Origin: Vulcanimicrobiales bacterium
GTDB taxonomy: Bacteria > Vulcanimicrobiota > Vulcanimicrobiia > Vulcanimicrobiales > Vulcanimicrobiaceae
Reading direction: 5' to 3'
Assembly: GCA_038215615.1 (NCBI GenBank)
Contig: JBBQQR010000014.1
Coordinates: 1 to 53,198 of the forward strand
DNA: 53,198 bases
Positions 9,624-19,211 of the stretch are shown piece by piece (within the stretch, counting starts at the first letter, position 1; every line of letters begins with the position of its first letter). The translations under genes were made by a program, and so were the position numbers. The notes below the pieces were generated by a model. That model was not told the origin of the DNA. It did no database searches and was given only the letters and a program-made list of their open reading frames with translations.

Positions 9624-10349
9624 ATGGTCTCGGCAGACGTGGCCTTAGCGAACCTGATGAACCGGACCGCAAGCGCGTACGTGCAAAACGCTCCGGCGTT
9701 CATTGTTTATCGCGAACACACGCACGTCGGCGCCGCCAGTCTGGGACGCACGCAGGACATCGACCGCTCGGTAAAGGTTCGCCAGGCCGATAATTATGCG
9801 GTGATGCAAGACCTGCCGCAAGGCGCAGAGCGCACCGGACAAGCGTTTCCCATCATTCCGTATTTCGATCCGTTCACGCAGTTCTCGTTTTCCTGGTTTG
9901 CCAACCTGAAACGTGTGGATATCACTATCCAGCGCACGCCGCCCGGCCTTTTACCGATGCCGCCGGCGGATCCCAGCGTGGGCATTTTGGTGCCGTACTT
10001 TAGCTTTTGGGTCCCGGCTTACGCGCCCGACTCCACACCGGCGCGCCCGGATATTCTCATCACGCCCACATCTCTGTACTCGGCGGATTCACTCTATCCG
10101 GCGCAAGTTATCGAAGATCCGCGATCGCAGCTGCCCGCGCACATCGAAATGCGCACAACCAACGGCGACGAGATCATTACGCTCGATTACCAAGTGCTTC
10201 AAAATCATTGGGTAATCACGCACGGCACGTTCACGGCCAGGCAGCACGTCGGTCCGCTCTCATTTCAAGTCGTCTCGGACACGACGTACGGTCAATTCGA
10301 ATTTCCCGCCACCGCTCCCGATCCGCGACTCGCCGCCCCTTTTCCCTAG
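9624..10349 (+). CDS. Hypothetical protein
   Basis: Non-overlapping 3' part of ORF 9258..10349 has normal composition; start taken at ATG 9624. Confidence 0.65.
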   Translation: MVSADVALANLMNRTASAYVQNAPAFIVYREHTHVGAASLGRTQDIDRSVKVRQADNYAVMQDLPQGAERTGQAFPIIPYFDPFTQFSFSWFANLKRVDITIQRTPPGLLPMPPADPSVGILVPYFSFWVPAYAPDSTPARPDILITPTSLYSADSLYPAQVIEDPRSQLPAHIEMRTTNGDEIITLDYQVLQNHWVITHGTFTARQHVGPLSFQVVSDTTYGQFEFPATAPDPRLAAPFP

Positions 10350-10391
10350 CGGGCCTTGCGCAATCTGCTTACTTTGTGATACAAAGTATCT

Positions 10392-10895
10392 GTGAAACCG
10401 AGGATAAGGTATGCGATTTTCGCGGCGGTCGCGCTCGTCGTTCTGATCGGAGGGGCCTTCGCGGCGTGCTCGGTCATACGTCCGCCGATTGTCGTCGCCG
10501 TAGGCACGCCAATCCAGCACGACGACTTCTTTTTCACCGTTACGGCAATCCACCGGGGTAAGGTCGCGGACGGGTCGGCGCACTATCGTGTTTCGGTACG
10601 CGTTCAAAATCAGGCCAAAGTTGTAGAGTATCTGTGGCGCGACACGATCGCCTATGTTCGCGCCTTTGACAGCCGCGGGTTTGGCCGGGATTTCTCGCCG
10701 GTTACGCACGCAACGTTCATCCTGCAAGCCGGCGAAAAGCGCACTGCCAAGCTTGTATTTTATATTCCGCCGGGCTACTCGAGTGCGAATCTGCGTTTTT
10801 GGGACGGCGTCTTCATGGGCGACGCTTTGAACGGCGCTGCATATGGCAAGGCCATCGTTCCGCTAGAAGCGTACAACCCGCCGTTCGGAACATAG
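10392..10895 (+). CDS. Exported or membrane-anchored hypothetical protein (possible Ig-like fold)
   Basis: N-terminal hydrophobic segment; V.V.N...LQAGE.....LVF pattern. Confidence 0.65.
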   Translation: MKPRIRYAIFAAVALVVLIGGAFAACSVIRPPIVVAVGTPIQHDDFFFTVTAIHRGKVADGSAHYRVSVRVQNQAKVVEYLWRDTIAYVRAFDSRGFGRDFSPVTHATFILQAGEKRTAKLVFYIPPGYSSANLRFWDGVFMGDALNGAAYGKAIVPLEAYNPPFGT

Positions 10896-10897
10896 AA

Positions 10898-10920
10898 GAG
10901 CCCGGCGGTTAGCCGGGCTC
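10898..10920. terminator. GC-rich hairpin between convergent units
   Basis: GAGCCCGGC-GGTTA-GCCGGGCTC perfect 9-bp stem between the 10392 gene and tRNA-Ser; weak U tails. Confidence 0.6.
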
Positions 10921-10929
10921 CTTACGATT

Positions 10930-11017
10930 CGGAGAGGGAGAGATTCGAACTCTCGGAACGCTCATCACGTTCGCCCGCTTTCGAGGCGGGTGCCTTCAAC
11001 CACTCGACCACCTCTCC
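10930..11017 (-). tRNA. tRNA-Ser(CGA)
   Basis: GGAGAGG acceptor, CCCGC-CTCGAAA-GCGGG anticodon arm, long variable arm, G discriminator, no encoded CCA. Confidence 0.95.
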
Positions 11018-11032
11018 GTGAAACCGAACCTT

Positions 11033-11503
11033 TTACGGGGCCCCCGTTTTCCTTCGCTTCCGGAAGAACGCCTGCAGTTGAGCTGCCGTTTCTTCTTCTA
11101 ATATACCGCCGGTTACGTCGATCCGGTGATTCAACTGCGGATTCTGCACGATGTCCACAATACTGCCGGCGGCGCCGCCCTTCGGGTCTCTGCATCCGTA
11201 GACCAACCGCCTGATCCTCGCCGCGACCATCGCGCCCGCGCACATCACGCAGGGCTCCTTGGTCACGTACATCGTCGCATCGGGGAGCCGCCACGCCTTC
11301 AATTCAGATGCTGCTCGCTGCAGCGCAAGCATCTCAGCGTGCGCCGTGACGTCGCCGCGGAGTTCTTTTTCGTTTTTCGTCTCGATGACGACGTCGCCGG
11401 TTACGAACACCGCTCCGATTGGAACATCTCCGTTGGCCTCGGCTTCCGCTGCGAGCTGCAGCGCGCGACGGACGTATCGTTCATCGAGGTCCGCGGTTTG
11501 CAT
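11033..11503 (-). CDS. tadA: tRNA adenosine(34) deaminase
   Basis: VPIGAV, TAHAE, EPCVMCAGA, DPKGGA, LNH, FF motifs. Confidence 0.93.
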   Translation of the reverse strand: MQTADLDERYVRRALQLAAEAEANGDVPIGAVFVTGDVVIETKNEKELRGDVTAHAEMLALQRAASELKAWRLPDATMYVTKEPCVMCAGAMVAARIRRLVYGCRDPKGGAAGSIVDIVQNPQLNHRIDVTGGILEEETAAQLQAFFRKRRKTGAP

Positions 11504-11516
11504 GTTTTAAGAAATT

Positions 11517-11590
11517 TGCGCCCGGAGGGATTCGAACCCCCGGCCTCTTCCTTCGGAGGGAAGCGCTCTATCCAGCTGAGCTACGAGCGC
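11517..11590 (-). tRNA. tRNA-Arg(CCG)
   Basis: GCGCTCG acceptor, CTTCC-CTCCGAA-GGAAG anticodon arm, TTCGAAT loop. Confidence 0.95.
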
Positions 11591-11607
11591 ATGTTGCAAA
11601 TGGCGGA

Positions 11608-11844
11608 CTAACGGGACGCTTCCGGAGTATTTCCAGCGCTGGGAATATGCTTGAACAAATCGAGCTTGTGATCGATCAGTGAGCGATAAAATTTTCGCAC
11701 ACAGTCAGGGTGTCCGAAAAAATACGTCCGTGCGTAAGCTAAGTCTTCGCCGGCGCTGTCGGGAACGTAATGCGAAAGCTCGATCTCTTCCATCTGGTTA
11801 CGCTCGACGGCGTGCGGACAGAAGTCGCACGGAATAGTTGACAT
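11608..11844 (-). CDS. Small hypothetical protein with possible Zn site
   Basis: 78 aa, CDFC near N-terminus and HPDC later; fills the gap between two tRNAs. Confidence 0.55.
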   Translation of the reverse strand: MSTIPCDFCPHAVERNQMEEIELSHYVPDSAGEDLAYARTYFFGHPDCVRKFYRSLIDHKLDLFKHIPSAGNTPEASR

Positions 11845-11901
11845 ACGGCATGATTTCAGAGCGCTTTTTGAAGCACCTGCGGCCGTTGCGTGACCAGAGA
11901 T

Positions 11902-11976
11902 TGGTGACTCGGGTAGGATTTGAACCTACGACCTAGGGCTTATGAGTCCCCCGCTCTACCACTGAGCTACCGAGCC
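11902..11976 (-). tRNA. tRNA-Met(CAT), probably elongator
   Basis: GGCTCGG/CCGAGTC acceptor with paired G1-C72 (not initiator), CTCATAA loop, encoded CCA; tRNA-Ile2 not formally excluded. Confidence 0.9.
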
Positions 11977-12079
11977 GCATTCGTCTGACGCTCTACTTTA
12001 TCAAATCCCGGCCCGAGCTATCAAGGATGATTTCGCGCTCCCTCGCGCCAAGGTCCCATTTCGCTCTATGGGAGGGCCC

Positions 12080-13654
12080 ATGACTCTATTGGCCGCGTTG
12101 TTGGGAGCCGTCCTGATTTCCGTTTCTGGAAACGACGCTTCGGTATTACTTGCAAAACATACCCAGTATGTCGGGTGGCAAGCAGGCGACCCAGGATTGC
12201 AGGGTTGGAGCGCTTCGGGGACGCGAACCAACGGGCACGCTTTGGATACGTTTGCCGAAAAGCGCAGCGGCATCGCTTACCGCGACACGTTAACGGCCGC
12301 AGGCGGCCGCGTCAGCATGCAGATGGGCTTCACCGGAACGATGGTGTGGGAGAGCGATCCCAATGGTTTCCTGGTCAGGCAAAGCGGCGCGCCCGCACAG
12401 GTAGCCTATGACCTCAACCTTATTCGAGCGGAGACACTCGCCTCGGTTTCGGATTTGACCGTTACCGGATCGGCCAAGGTGCGCGGAACCGATACGACCA
12501 TAATGACCGTCAAGCCGACCGGCGCGCCGCCCATGGAGATTTACGAAGACCCGAATTCGGGCGCATTCTTACAAGCCATTGTCGATCCGAATGGCCCGGC
12601 CCGCACTATCGTGTCTATCGATGCTTACACCGACGTAGTGCCAGGCAAGAAAGCCATCAGCCAGTGGTCGATCGGCGCGGCGCAATATACGATCGCGTCG
12701 ATTTCGGCGGCACACATCGCCGACGCCGAGCTGATCGCGCCGCAGCCGGCCGCAACGTGGACGTTCGGCGATCAGAGCGTCCCGGTCGACCTTTTCGATC
12801 TTTCCGCGGGCTCGCAGCGCTACCAGCCGCGCGTGATGATGACGGTAAATGGGGTTACCGGCGTCTTCGTCCTCGATACGGGGACGCAGTCGATCGTCTT
12901 ATTCGGCGATTTTGCAAGCCGAGCCGGCGTGACCGCGATCGATGGAGCCGACTTCTCGCCCTTTTCGGGCAATCCACGTTATTTGGGTTACGGGCTCGTG
13001 AGGACACTCACCGCCGGTAATAGCGCGCTGCACAACGTCATGGTCGAACGCATCGCCGATCCGAACAACCGCATCGCCGGACTTTTGGGTTATGACTTTT
13101 ACGCCGGCATCATTGCTGAGATCGATCTCTCGAGCCGGCGCATGCAGATCTACAATCCCGCCAACATGCAGCCGACAGTCCCGCCGGGAGGTTTCGCTTT
13201 CCCAATCGACCTGACGTCGCACCGCCCCGTCATCGGCATGCACCTCTCCGGGAAGGCGTACGGTTTTCCGTATTTCTCTACCGGCGAGCCATACTTCATG
13301 TTGCTCTCACAACGTTTACGCGAGTCGGGCGCCGTTTCGGCCAGCGATATGTCGACCGAGCACTTTAATCCACGCGCGGGCAGCCGCGGCTTCTTTGGGA
13401 CGATGATCGAGTCGGATCCGGTGCAGCTGGGATACTCCGACTACACCGGTGCATTTGGCGTTGGAAACTGCGTGCTGCTGCACGAAGCGCTCATTGGGCC
13501 TTACCAGTATCAAAGTCCGCCCTTGTGCTTTATCGGATCGGGAGTTTTCGGTCAGGACGGCGGCGCGATTGGAAACGATTTCCTGCGCCATTTCGACTGG
13601 ACGATAGATTATCCCGACGGTAAGTTCGTGCTCACGCCCAATAATCTGCCCTAG
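12080..13654 (+). CDS. Secreted aspartyl protease-like protein (retropepsin-type domains)
   Basis: GGAGG RBS, signal peptide, FVLDTG and GLLGYDF motifs, second lobe ending GAIGNDFLRHF. Confidence 0.75.
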   Translation: MTLLAALLGAVLISVSGNDASVLLAKHTQYVGWQAGDPGLQGWSASGTRTNGHALDTFAEKRSGIAYRDTLTAAGGRVSMQMGFTGTMVWESDPNGFLVRQSGAPAQVAYDLNLIRAETLASVSDLTVTGSAKVRGTDTTIMTVKPTGAPPMEIYEDPNSGAFLQAIVDPNGPARTIVSIDAYTDVVPGKKAISQWSIGAAQYTIASISAAHIADAELIAPQPAATWTFGDQSVPVDLFDLSAGSQRYQPRVMMTVNGVTGVFVLDTGTQSIVLFGDFASRAGVTAIDGADFSPFSGNPRYLGYGLVRTLTAGNSALHNVMVERIADPNNRIAGLLGYDFYAGIIAEIDLSSRRMQIYNPANMQPTVPPGGFAFPIDLTSHRPVIGMHLSGKAYGFPYFSTGEPYFMLLSQRLRESGAVSASDMSTEHFNPRAGSRGFFGTMIESDPVQLGYSDYTGAFGVGNCVLLHEALIGPYQYQSPPLCFIGSGVFGQDGGAIGNDFLRHFDWTIDYPDGKFVLTPNNLP

Positions 13655-13715
13655 CAATGCTTGGCGTCTCAAGCCTTGGACGCGAACGAAAAACGGCAAG
13701 AAAGGCCGATGAACG

Positions 13716-14345
13716 ATGAAAATCCGTGTCTCTTCTGGCATCTTCATACTGCTGTTGGCCGCCGCCGCACCAGTCTCGGCCGGGCCGTATATGTCCTGGG
13801 GACAGTGGACATCAAACGACGGCGTTCCGTTTCGGCAATGCTGGGATCGCGGGGCGCAAGCATTGCGATCCGTCGGCTTGAGTGCCGACCAGAGCGGCCG
13901 TTTCTTTCACGGGTCGGACGACGTGTTCACGGCTTCGCTGGTTTGCTACGATCTCGGAAACCGGTTCATCGTTACGATTACGGTCGCGGCGGAGCGCAGC
14001 GGAGTCAGCAACATGACAACCGACCAAGTGCGAGACCGGATGCAGGCCGTGATCTTCGGGAACCAAATAGCCGGCTGCGCTTCGATGTCGCCGGTGGGCA
14101 CCTGGAATTGGTGGAATGGCGGAGTGGCGACGTTCGATGAAAACGGCACCGCGCGGCACGCAAGCGGATCTTCGGGAACGTGGGATCGCCGCGCCGACGG
14201 TACGTATCACGTTCACTGGGATTCGTATAACTCCGATGACTATTTTACGATTTCAGCCGACGGCATGCATATGCCGGGAAATTATAACGGCACGTCGGGG
14301 ACGGGTACGCGCAGGTGCTATAGTTCACCGGCGCACGCGAAGTGA
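13716..14345 (+). CDS. Secreted hypothetical protein
   Basis: Signal peptide ending VSA; Trp/Gly/Cys-rich mature part. Confidence 0.7.
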   Translation: MKIRVSSGIFILLLAAAAPVSAGPYMSWGQWTSNDGVPFRQCWDRGAQALRSVGLSADQSGRFFHGSDDVFTASLVCYDLGNRFIVTITVAAERSGVSNMTTDQVRDRMQAVIFGNQIAGCASMSPVGTWNWWNGGVATFDENGTARHASGSSGTWDRRADGTYHVHWDSYNSDDYFTISADGMHMPGNYNGTSGTGTRRCYSSPAHAK

Positions 14346-14364
14346 GCAAACGCAAGCCGTCATA

Positions 14365-14438
14365 TGCGGTCGGAGGGACTCGAACCCCCAACCTACAAGT
14401 TCGTAGCCTGTTGCTCTATCCAATTGAGCTACGACCGC
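14365..14438 (-). tRNA. tRNA-Arg(ACG)
   Basis: GCGGTCG acceptor, ACAGG-CTACGAA-CTTGT anticodon arm; the canonical TadA substrate. Confidence 0.95.
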
Positions 14439-14440
14439 AC

Positions 14441-14472
14441 AGCCTCGAGTGATACCTCGGGGTTTATTTTTT
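14441..14472 (+). terminator. Possible intrinsic terminator hairpin in the tRNA spacer
   Basis: CCTCGAG-TGATAC-CTCGGGG stem followed by a T-rich run. Confidence 0.35.
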
Positions 14473-14495
14473 CCCTGTCACTCGCGCAAAAGATC

Positions 14496-14583
14496 CGGAG
14501 AGGGAGGGATTCGAACCCTCGGACAGTTTTTAGCCGTCGGTCATTTAGCAAACGACTGGTTTCAGCCACTCACCCACCTCTCC
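14496..14583 (-). tRNA. tRNA-Ser(GCT)
   Basis: GGAGAGG acceptor, GTCGT-TTGCTAA-ATGAC anticodon arm, long variable arm. Confidence 0.95.
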
Positions 14584-14597
14584 CGGAGGGCACCCGC

Positions 14598-14606
14598 ACT
14601 ATACCA
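14598..14606 (-). promoter_or_regulatory. Extended -10 promoter for tRNA-Ser/Arg
   Basis: TGGTATAGT ending 14 nt upstream of the mature tRNA. Confidence 0.55.
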
Positions 14607-14624
14607 TAACGGGCGCGACCCTAC

Positions 14625-15155
14625 CTAGTCCGTCGGCGCGCGTGGCGCGGCAATTGGTTCGTCAACGAACTCCGCTTTCACGGCGCGCGTGTTGGGCCGG
14701 CGCACCAGGAGCGCGTCTACGCCGGCAAAGCGGCCGACCGGCAGAACCATACAGAAAAATGACAGCGCCAGCGCTACACTGTTGAGCGTCCCGAGCCCCG
14801 ACCAGTGGAGCTCGCCTGCTGCCGCAAGGTAGTTTAACGCCAAGAAGCAGCCTACCAGACCGCCCAGCGGCGTAAGAAAACCCAATAAGAGGCTGATGCC
14901 GGTTAGCACCTCTCCCAAGCGCACCAACTCCGCGAAAACGCCGATATTCGGCGTAACTGTGTGAACCAAGAAATCGTGATAAAATCCAGTGCTGGTTAAC
15001 GTAGCGTGCGCGATCATTTGGCCCATGTAGCCGTTGGGCGGCATGAACATCGCGGGGTTCAAGAATTTCGGAATGCCGTGGACAAGCCAAAAGGCTCCGG
15101 CATACAGCCGGAAAATAAGCAGCCACCCTAAGGGCGCCGGGCGCGCAACGATCAT
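14625..15155 (-). CDS. DoxX/DoxD-like membrane protein
   Basis: FRLYAG..W..HG..K, GEVLTG..LLLG, GRFAGVD; about 4 TM segments. Confidence 0.8.
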   Translation of the reverse strand: MIVARPAPLGWLLIFRLYAGAFWLVHGIPKFLNPAMFMPPNGYMGQMIAHATLTSTGFYHDFLVHTVTPNIGVFAELVRLGEVLTGISLLLGFLTPLGGLVGCFLALNYLAAAGELHWSGLGTLNSVALALSFFCMVLPVGRFAGVDALLVRRPNTRAVKAEFVDEPIAAPRAPTD

Positions 15156-16291
15156 GCAATCGCCTCCTGCGGACCTTCTGCGGCAAGCGCGCGTATCACG
15201 CCTGCCACGTCGCGCGCCGCATTGGGTTTGGCGAGCGCGCGCATCGCCGATCGCATGTCGCTTCGTACAGATTCCGACGAGAGCAAATCCGAAATGGCGC
15301 GCGGAAGATCGGATGCGCGCTTCACGCGAATCGCCGCGTGCCGGTCCACGAGATAGCGTGTATTGCGTTCCTCCTGGCCCGGCAGCGGCTTAAAAAGCAC
15401 CATCGGAACCTCCGCGGCGAGCGCTTCGGCCGACGTCAACCCGCCGGGTTTGGTGATCAGCACGTCGGCGGCGTGCATGTACTCGTCGACGTTGCCGACG
15501 AATCCCATGACGCGCATCGGATACCCAACGTCGTGCGCCGCTTCGAGCACACGCTGGGCGGACCGGCTGCTCCGGCCGACGATCGCAACGGCGCAAATCG
15601 GCTGCTCCAGCGTGTCGAGCGCCTGCATCATCGTCGAGAGCGGCCCGATTCCCAATCCTCCGCCCATCATCAGAACGATGGTACGGTCGCGCGGCAGATC
15701 GAGCTTGGCGCGGAGCGCCGGAACGTCGGCCGGCAGATGTCCAAAAGACGGGCTCACCGGAATGCCCGAAACCGTCACTCGCTCGGGTCGAATCCCGCGG
15801 GCGATCATCGTCGCGCGCATCTCGGGCGTGGCGACGGCGTACCGTTCGATGTTCGCGTGCATCCAAAAACTATGCACCGCGAAATCGGTCACGACACCAA
15901 CCACGGGCGGAGCGTCGGCAAATTGCTTCTTGTATTCGGCCATCACGCCACAAGGAAAGGCATGCGTGCAGATGACGACGTCCGGTTTGGTATCCTGCAG
16001 CATGGCGCGCAAATTTCCGGCGGTGAACTGATGGATCCACGTGCGGAAAGGCCCGACTTCGGTCGCCTGCTCGGCGCGATTGTATAAGAAACGGTACATC
16101 TGCGGCAGCGTCTTGACCATTCCCAGGTAGCCGTCGGAGACGACGCGCGAAACGACCGATGCGGCGTACTTATACGAATCGACGACGGTCGACTCGAACG
16201 CCGCATCCTCGTGTTCGAGCTCGGCGCGCAGCGCCGAAGCCGCGGCCATGTGGCCAACTCCGACGTTAGCCGACAGAAAGAGCGCGCGGAT
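15152..16291 (-). CDS. MGDG synthase/UgtP-like glycosyltransferase (GT28)
   Basis: CTHAFP, VVTDF..H..W, GIPV, MGGGLG, TKPGGLT, PGQEERN; conserved LFLSA..G.GH motif lies upstream of ATG 16249, so ATC 16291 is proposed as start. Confidence 0.88.
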   Translation of the reverse strand: MRALFLSANVGVGHMAAASALRAELEHEDAAFESTVVDSYKYAASVVSRVVSDGYLGMVKTLPQMYRFLYNRAEQATEVGPFRTWIHQFTAGNLRAMLQDTKPDVVICTHAFPCGVMAEYKKQFADAPPVVGVVTDFAVHSFWMHANIERYAVATPEMRATMIARGIRPERVTVSGIPVSPSFGHLPADVPALRAKLDLPRDRTIVLMMGGGLGIGPLSTMMQALDTLEQPICAVAIVGRSSRSAQRVLEAAHDVGYPMRVMGFVGNVDEYMHAADVLITKPGGLTSAEALAAEVPMVLFKPLPGQEERNTRYLVDRHAAIRVKRASDLPRAISDLLSSESVRSDMRSAMRALAKPNAARDVAGVIRALAAEGPQEAIA

Positions 16292-16578
16292 TACTCGGCG
16301 GCTCCTTCGCCGCCCGATTCCTCTGCGAGCACAAAAAAGTCGTCCAATATCTCTTGCGCGAGCGCCTCATCCGGCAGTAAGTTCCCCTGCGCGTCGGTGA
16401 CGACGAACTCGTCTTGTGGTTCACAGTACAACACGGCGAACGCATTGTGTTCTTCATCTTCGACCAGGCCGACCACTTCGAACTCGAGCTCCTTATCCTC
16501 ACCGGTCGTCTTGATGACGAGAACGTCCTTCAATTCGAGATTGCGCAGCGCTTGGCCGGATTCGCCGTCGGTTGACAT
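16291..16578 (-). CDS. DUF1292-like small acidic protein
   Basis: Very acidic 95 aa, ELEFEVV...FAVL pattern, typical ruvX/mltG neighbour. Confidence 0.7.
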   Translation of the reverse strand: MSTDGESGQALRNLELKDVLVIKTTGEDKELEFEVVGLVEDEEHNAFAVLYCEPQDEFVVTDAQGNLLPDEALAQEILDDFFVLAEESGGEGAAE

Positions 16579-16587
16579 AGCCGTCTC

Positions 16588-17577
16588 CTATTTCAGATAT
16601 TTGGCGACGTTCGCATTTTGCTCGGACAGAGTCTTTGCAAAGGCGTGATGGCCTCCGCCTTTATATACGTAGAAGAGATACTCCGAGGATAGCGGATTGA
16701 GCGCGGCGACCAGCGAGGGGCGGCCCGGGTTCGCGATGGGCGTCGGCGGCAGCCCTTGGTGCAGATACGTATTATACGGCGAATCCAATCGCAAATCACT
16801 GTACGTGATGACGGTTTGATGCGACGGCAGCGCATATTCGATGGTCGCGTCCACTTCAAGGGGCATACCTAGACGCAGGCGATTGTAATACACCCCGGCC
16901 ATCAGCGGGCGCTCGTCATCGGCTTTTGCTTCCCGTTCGATCAGCGAGGCGAGCGTCACGGCCTGCGGCAGCGTGAGCCCGCGCGCACGCGCCTTGCGGG
17001 CTGCATCGGCGGGCAGCTCTTTGAGGAATTGCGCGCTCATGATCTCCTCGACCGCCGAAGGCGAAGCTCCCAGCGGCATCAGGTAGGTGTCGGGAAAGAG
17101 ATAGCCTTCCATGTTTGCGGTTCGGAAGCCGTCGACGACGATCGTATCGTGTAAGAACGCCGCGGCGTACGATTGCGCATCCCCGAATCCTTCGTTTTCC
17201 AACTGCGCGGCGATCTGTTTGACCGTATAGCCTTCCGGGATCGTGATCCATTTGGCGATCTGCGCGCCGCCGGTTTGCAGGCGGTGCAAGATCTCCGCTT
17301 CGGTTTCATGGGGTGCGAAACGAAACTCTCCCGCGCGCGCCTGTGTGTCGGCGTGGAGCACTTTAGCGTAGAGCCGGAAGACTTGCGTGTTGCCGATAAC
17401 GCCGGCCGCATGCAGCTTCGACGCAATGCCGGAAAACGACGAGCCTTGCGGGATGACCACACCGGTCGTGGCCGCGGGCCTCGAGCGGTCTCCGAAGACT
17501 CCGTAGGTGATCCACGCGCAGACCGCCAGCAGCCCCAGCGCCGCGATGAGCAATATCGACCGGATTGCACGCGTCAC
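16588..17577 (-). CDS. mltG: Endolytic transglycosylase MltG
   Basis: TIPEG, EGYLFPDTY, LASLIERE, SPYNTY, GLPPTPIANPG. Confidence 0.95.
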   Translation of the reverse strand: MTRAIRSILLIAALGLLAVCAWITYGVFGDRSRPAATTGVVIPQGSSFSGIASKLHAAGVIGNTQVFRLYAKVLHADTQARAGEFRFAPHETEAEILHRLQTGGAQIAKWITIPEGYTVKQIAAQLENEGFGDAQSYAAAFLHDTIVVDGFRTANMEGYLFPDTYLMPLGASPSAVEEIMSAQFLKELPADAARKARARGLTLPQAVTLASLIEREAKADDERPLMAGVYYNRLRLGMPLEVDATIEYALPSHQTVITYSDLRLDSPYNTYLHQGLPPTPIANPGRPSLVAALNPLSSEYLFYVYKGGGHHAFAKTLSEQNANVAKYLK

Positions 17578-18005
17578 GAAACAGGACGGTCACTTCCACG
17601 CCGGCGGGCGAGAAACGTCTCGAGAATCAGGGCAGCCGCCATCTTGTCGACGATCGTTTTTCGCTTCGCCCGGCGCACGTCCGCCGCGATCAGCGATTTC
17701 TGCGCTTGCGCCGTCGTCAGACGTTCGTCCACGCGGTGGATCCGGCCATTGAAACTCTTGCGCAGCTGCTCGACGAATCGATCGATCTGTTCCGAAGCCG
17801 GCCCACGCTCGCCCGAAAGCCGTAACGGATCGCCCACGACGATCTCGCCCGCTTCATACTCTCGTGCAAGATCGCCGATGCGTTCCAAATCGGCACGTAT
17901 ATTCGTACGCTCCAGAACGGCGATGGGAAGAGCAAAATTTCCGCTCGGATCGGCCACGGCTACGCCGATGCGTTTTGTTCCAACGTCGAGCGCCATCACC
18001 GGCAT
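17574..18005 (-). CDS. ruvX: RuvX/YqgF pre-16S rRNA nuclease
   Basis: ALDVGTKRIGVA, VDERLTT, DKMAAALIL. Confidence 0.95.
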   Translation of the reverse strand: MPVMALDVGTKRIGVAVADPSGNFALPIAVLERTNIRADLERIGDLAREYEAGEIVVGDPLRLSGERGPASEQIDRFVEQLRKSFNGRIHRVDERLTTAQAQKSLIAADVRRAKRKTIVDKMAAALILETFLARRRGSDRPVS

Positions 18006-18008
18006 CGT

Positions 18009-18749
18009 TTAAGTTTTCGCGAACTCTGCCGCGTGCGCGCCGGCCTTTGGGCGGCGGCCTAGATGATGATTGACCAGCGCCTCGATCGCACGTGCAACCG
18101 CGGGCGTTGCATGCAAAACGGCGGACGAAGTTCCGCGCGGTGCTGCCAGCGCGCGCAGATTCTCCATGTCGGTTTGGCGCAGAGCCGGCGGATCGCGCCA
18201 AGCCGGCCGGCATTCTTCGTCTGCAAAACCGCCCTGCTCCGAATCGAGCCAGGCGTTTTTCCCAACCAGCGACGCGTCGCAAAGGACGCACGCGTCCAGG
18301 GGCGGAGCCAACCCCAGCGCGCCCAGCAGCAGCAGCGAGAACCGCGGCACGAGCCCCAGCGACTCTTCGCTGCGGCCGATCGCGCGCAACGCTCCCGTCA
18401 GGAGCGCATAGATTTCCGGCATCGCCAGGTCCGGTTCGCAAAACGCATCGACAAGTTCGATGATAAGATTTGCCGCGGCATAACGTTCTGGCGCGACCAG
18501 GTTCTGCCAGTAGGCGTTTTCGATCTCGGCGGAAACGACGACGTCGAGATTGCGCCCGCGATGCATCGTCAGCGAGACTTCGTTACCGAGTTCCAACCTG
18601 CCGGCGAGGTGGCTCTTGGTGCGCCGCGAGCCTTTGGCGATTGCGTCCATCTTTCCGCGTGCGGTAGAAAAGAGCGTGAGAATGCGGTCCGCTTCTCCAT
18701 ACGTCCGTCCGCGCAAGACGACGGCGGTCGTCTTGTAAGCGCGGTTCAT
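18009..18749 (-). CDS. recO: DNA repair protein RecO
   Basis: YGEADRI...GK..AIAKG N-terminal OB fold; CxxC zinc motif. Confidence 0.93.
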   Translation of the reverse strand: MNRAYKTTAVVLRGRTYGEADRILTLFSTARGKMDAIAKGSRRTKSHLAGRLELGNEVSLTMHRGRNLDVVVSAEIENAYWQNLVAPERYAAANLIIELVDAFCEPDLAMPEIYALLTGALRAIGRSEESLGLVPRFSLLLLGALGLAPPLDACVLCDASLVGKNAWLDSEQGGFADEECRPAWRDPPALRQTDMENLRALAAPRGTSSAVLHATPAVARAIEALVNHHLGRRPKAGAHAAEFAKT

Positions 18750-19156
18750 CGATCGGCGCTAAATGAGGCCGGCCCGAAGGCGTCGGGCAGCAGCTGGTCG
18801 ACGGCGGTGACCGTATAACCTTCGCCTGTAGCGTAGACGACCGGCAGCTGTGCGTTGAACTCGCTTAAGAATTGCCGGCACGTGCCGCACGGAGCGGTGC
18901 CGATTCCGTCGGCGCCGACGATCGCAATCGCTTTGAAACCGCGCTTGCCCTGCGAAACGGCTGCTGTCGCCGCGCTGCGCTCGGCGCAGATCGCCAGACC
19001 GTAGCTGGCATTCTCGACGTTTGCGCCGCAAAAGAGTTCGCCGCCCTCAGCGAGCAGTGCGGCGCCGACGCGAAACCCCGAATACGGTGCGTAGGCCCGG
19101 TCGCGAACCTCGCGTGCTTTCGGCAACGCCAATTCCAAAAATTCGGAGACGTCCAT
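18746..19156 (-). CDS. cdd: Cytidine deaminase
   Basis: AYAPYSGFRVGAA, NVENASY, CAE, PCGTCRQ; start taken at ATG 19156. Confidence 0.93.
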   Translation of the reverse strand: MDVSEFLELALPKAREVRDRAYAPYSGFRVGAALLAEGGELFCGANVENASYGLAICAERSAATAAVSQGKRGFKAIAIVGADGIGTAPCGTCRQFLSEFNAQLPVVYATGEGYTVTAVDQLLPDAFGPASFSADR

Positions 19157-19211
19157 TCCGGCGCGACTGCGAAACTCTAGGGCCGAAGTTCCTTCGAAAC
19201 GGACCTGATCT

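Noticed and set aside
10930..14510. Repeated CGGAGAGGGAG...GATTCGAAC as possible attL/attR
   Set aside because: Both copies belong to complete tRNA-Ser isoacceptors, and there is no integrase
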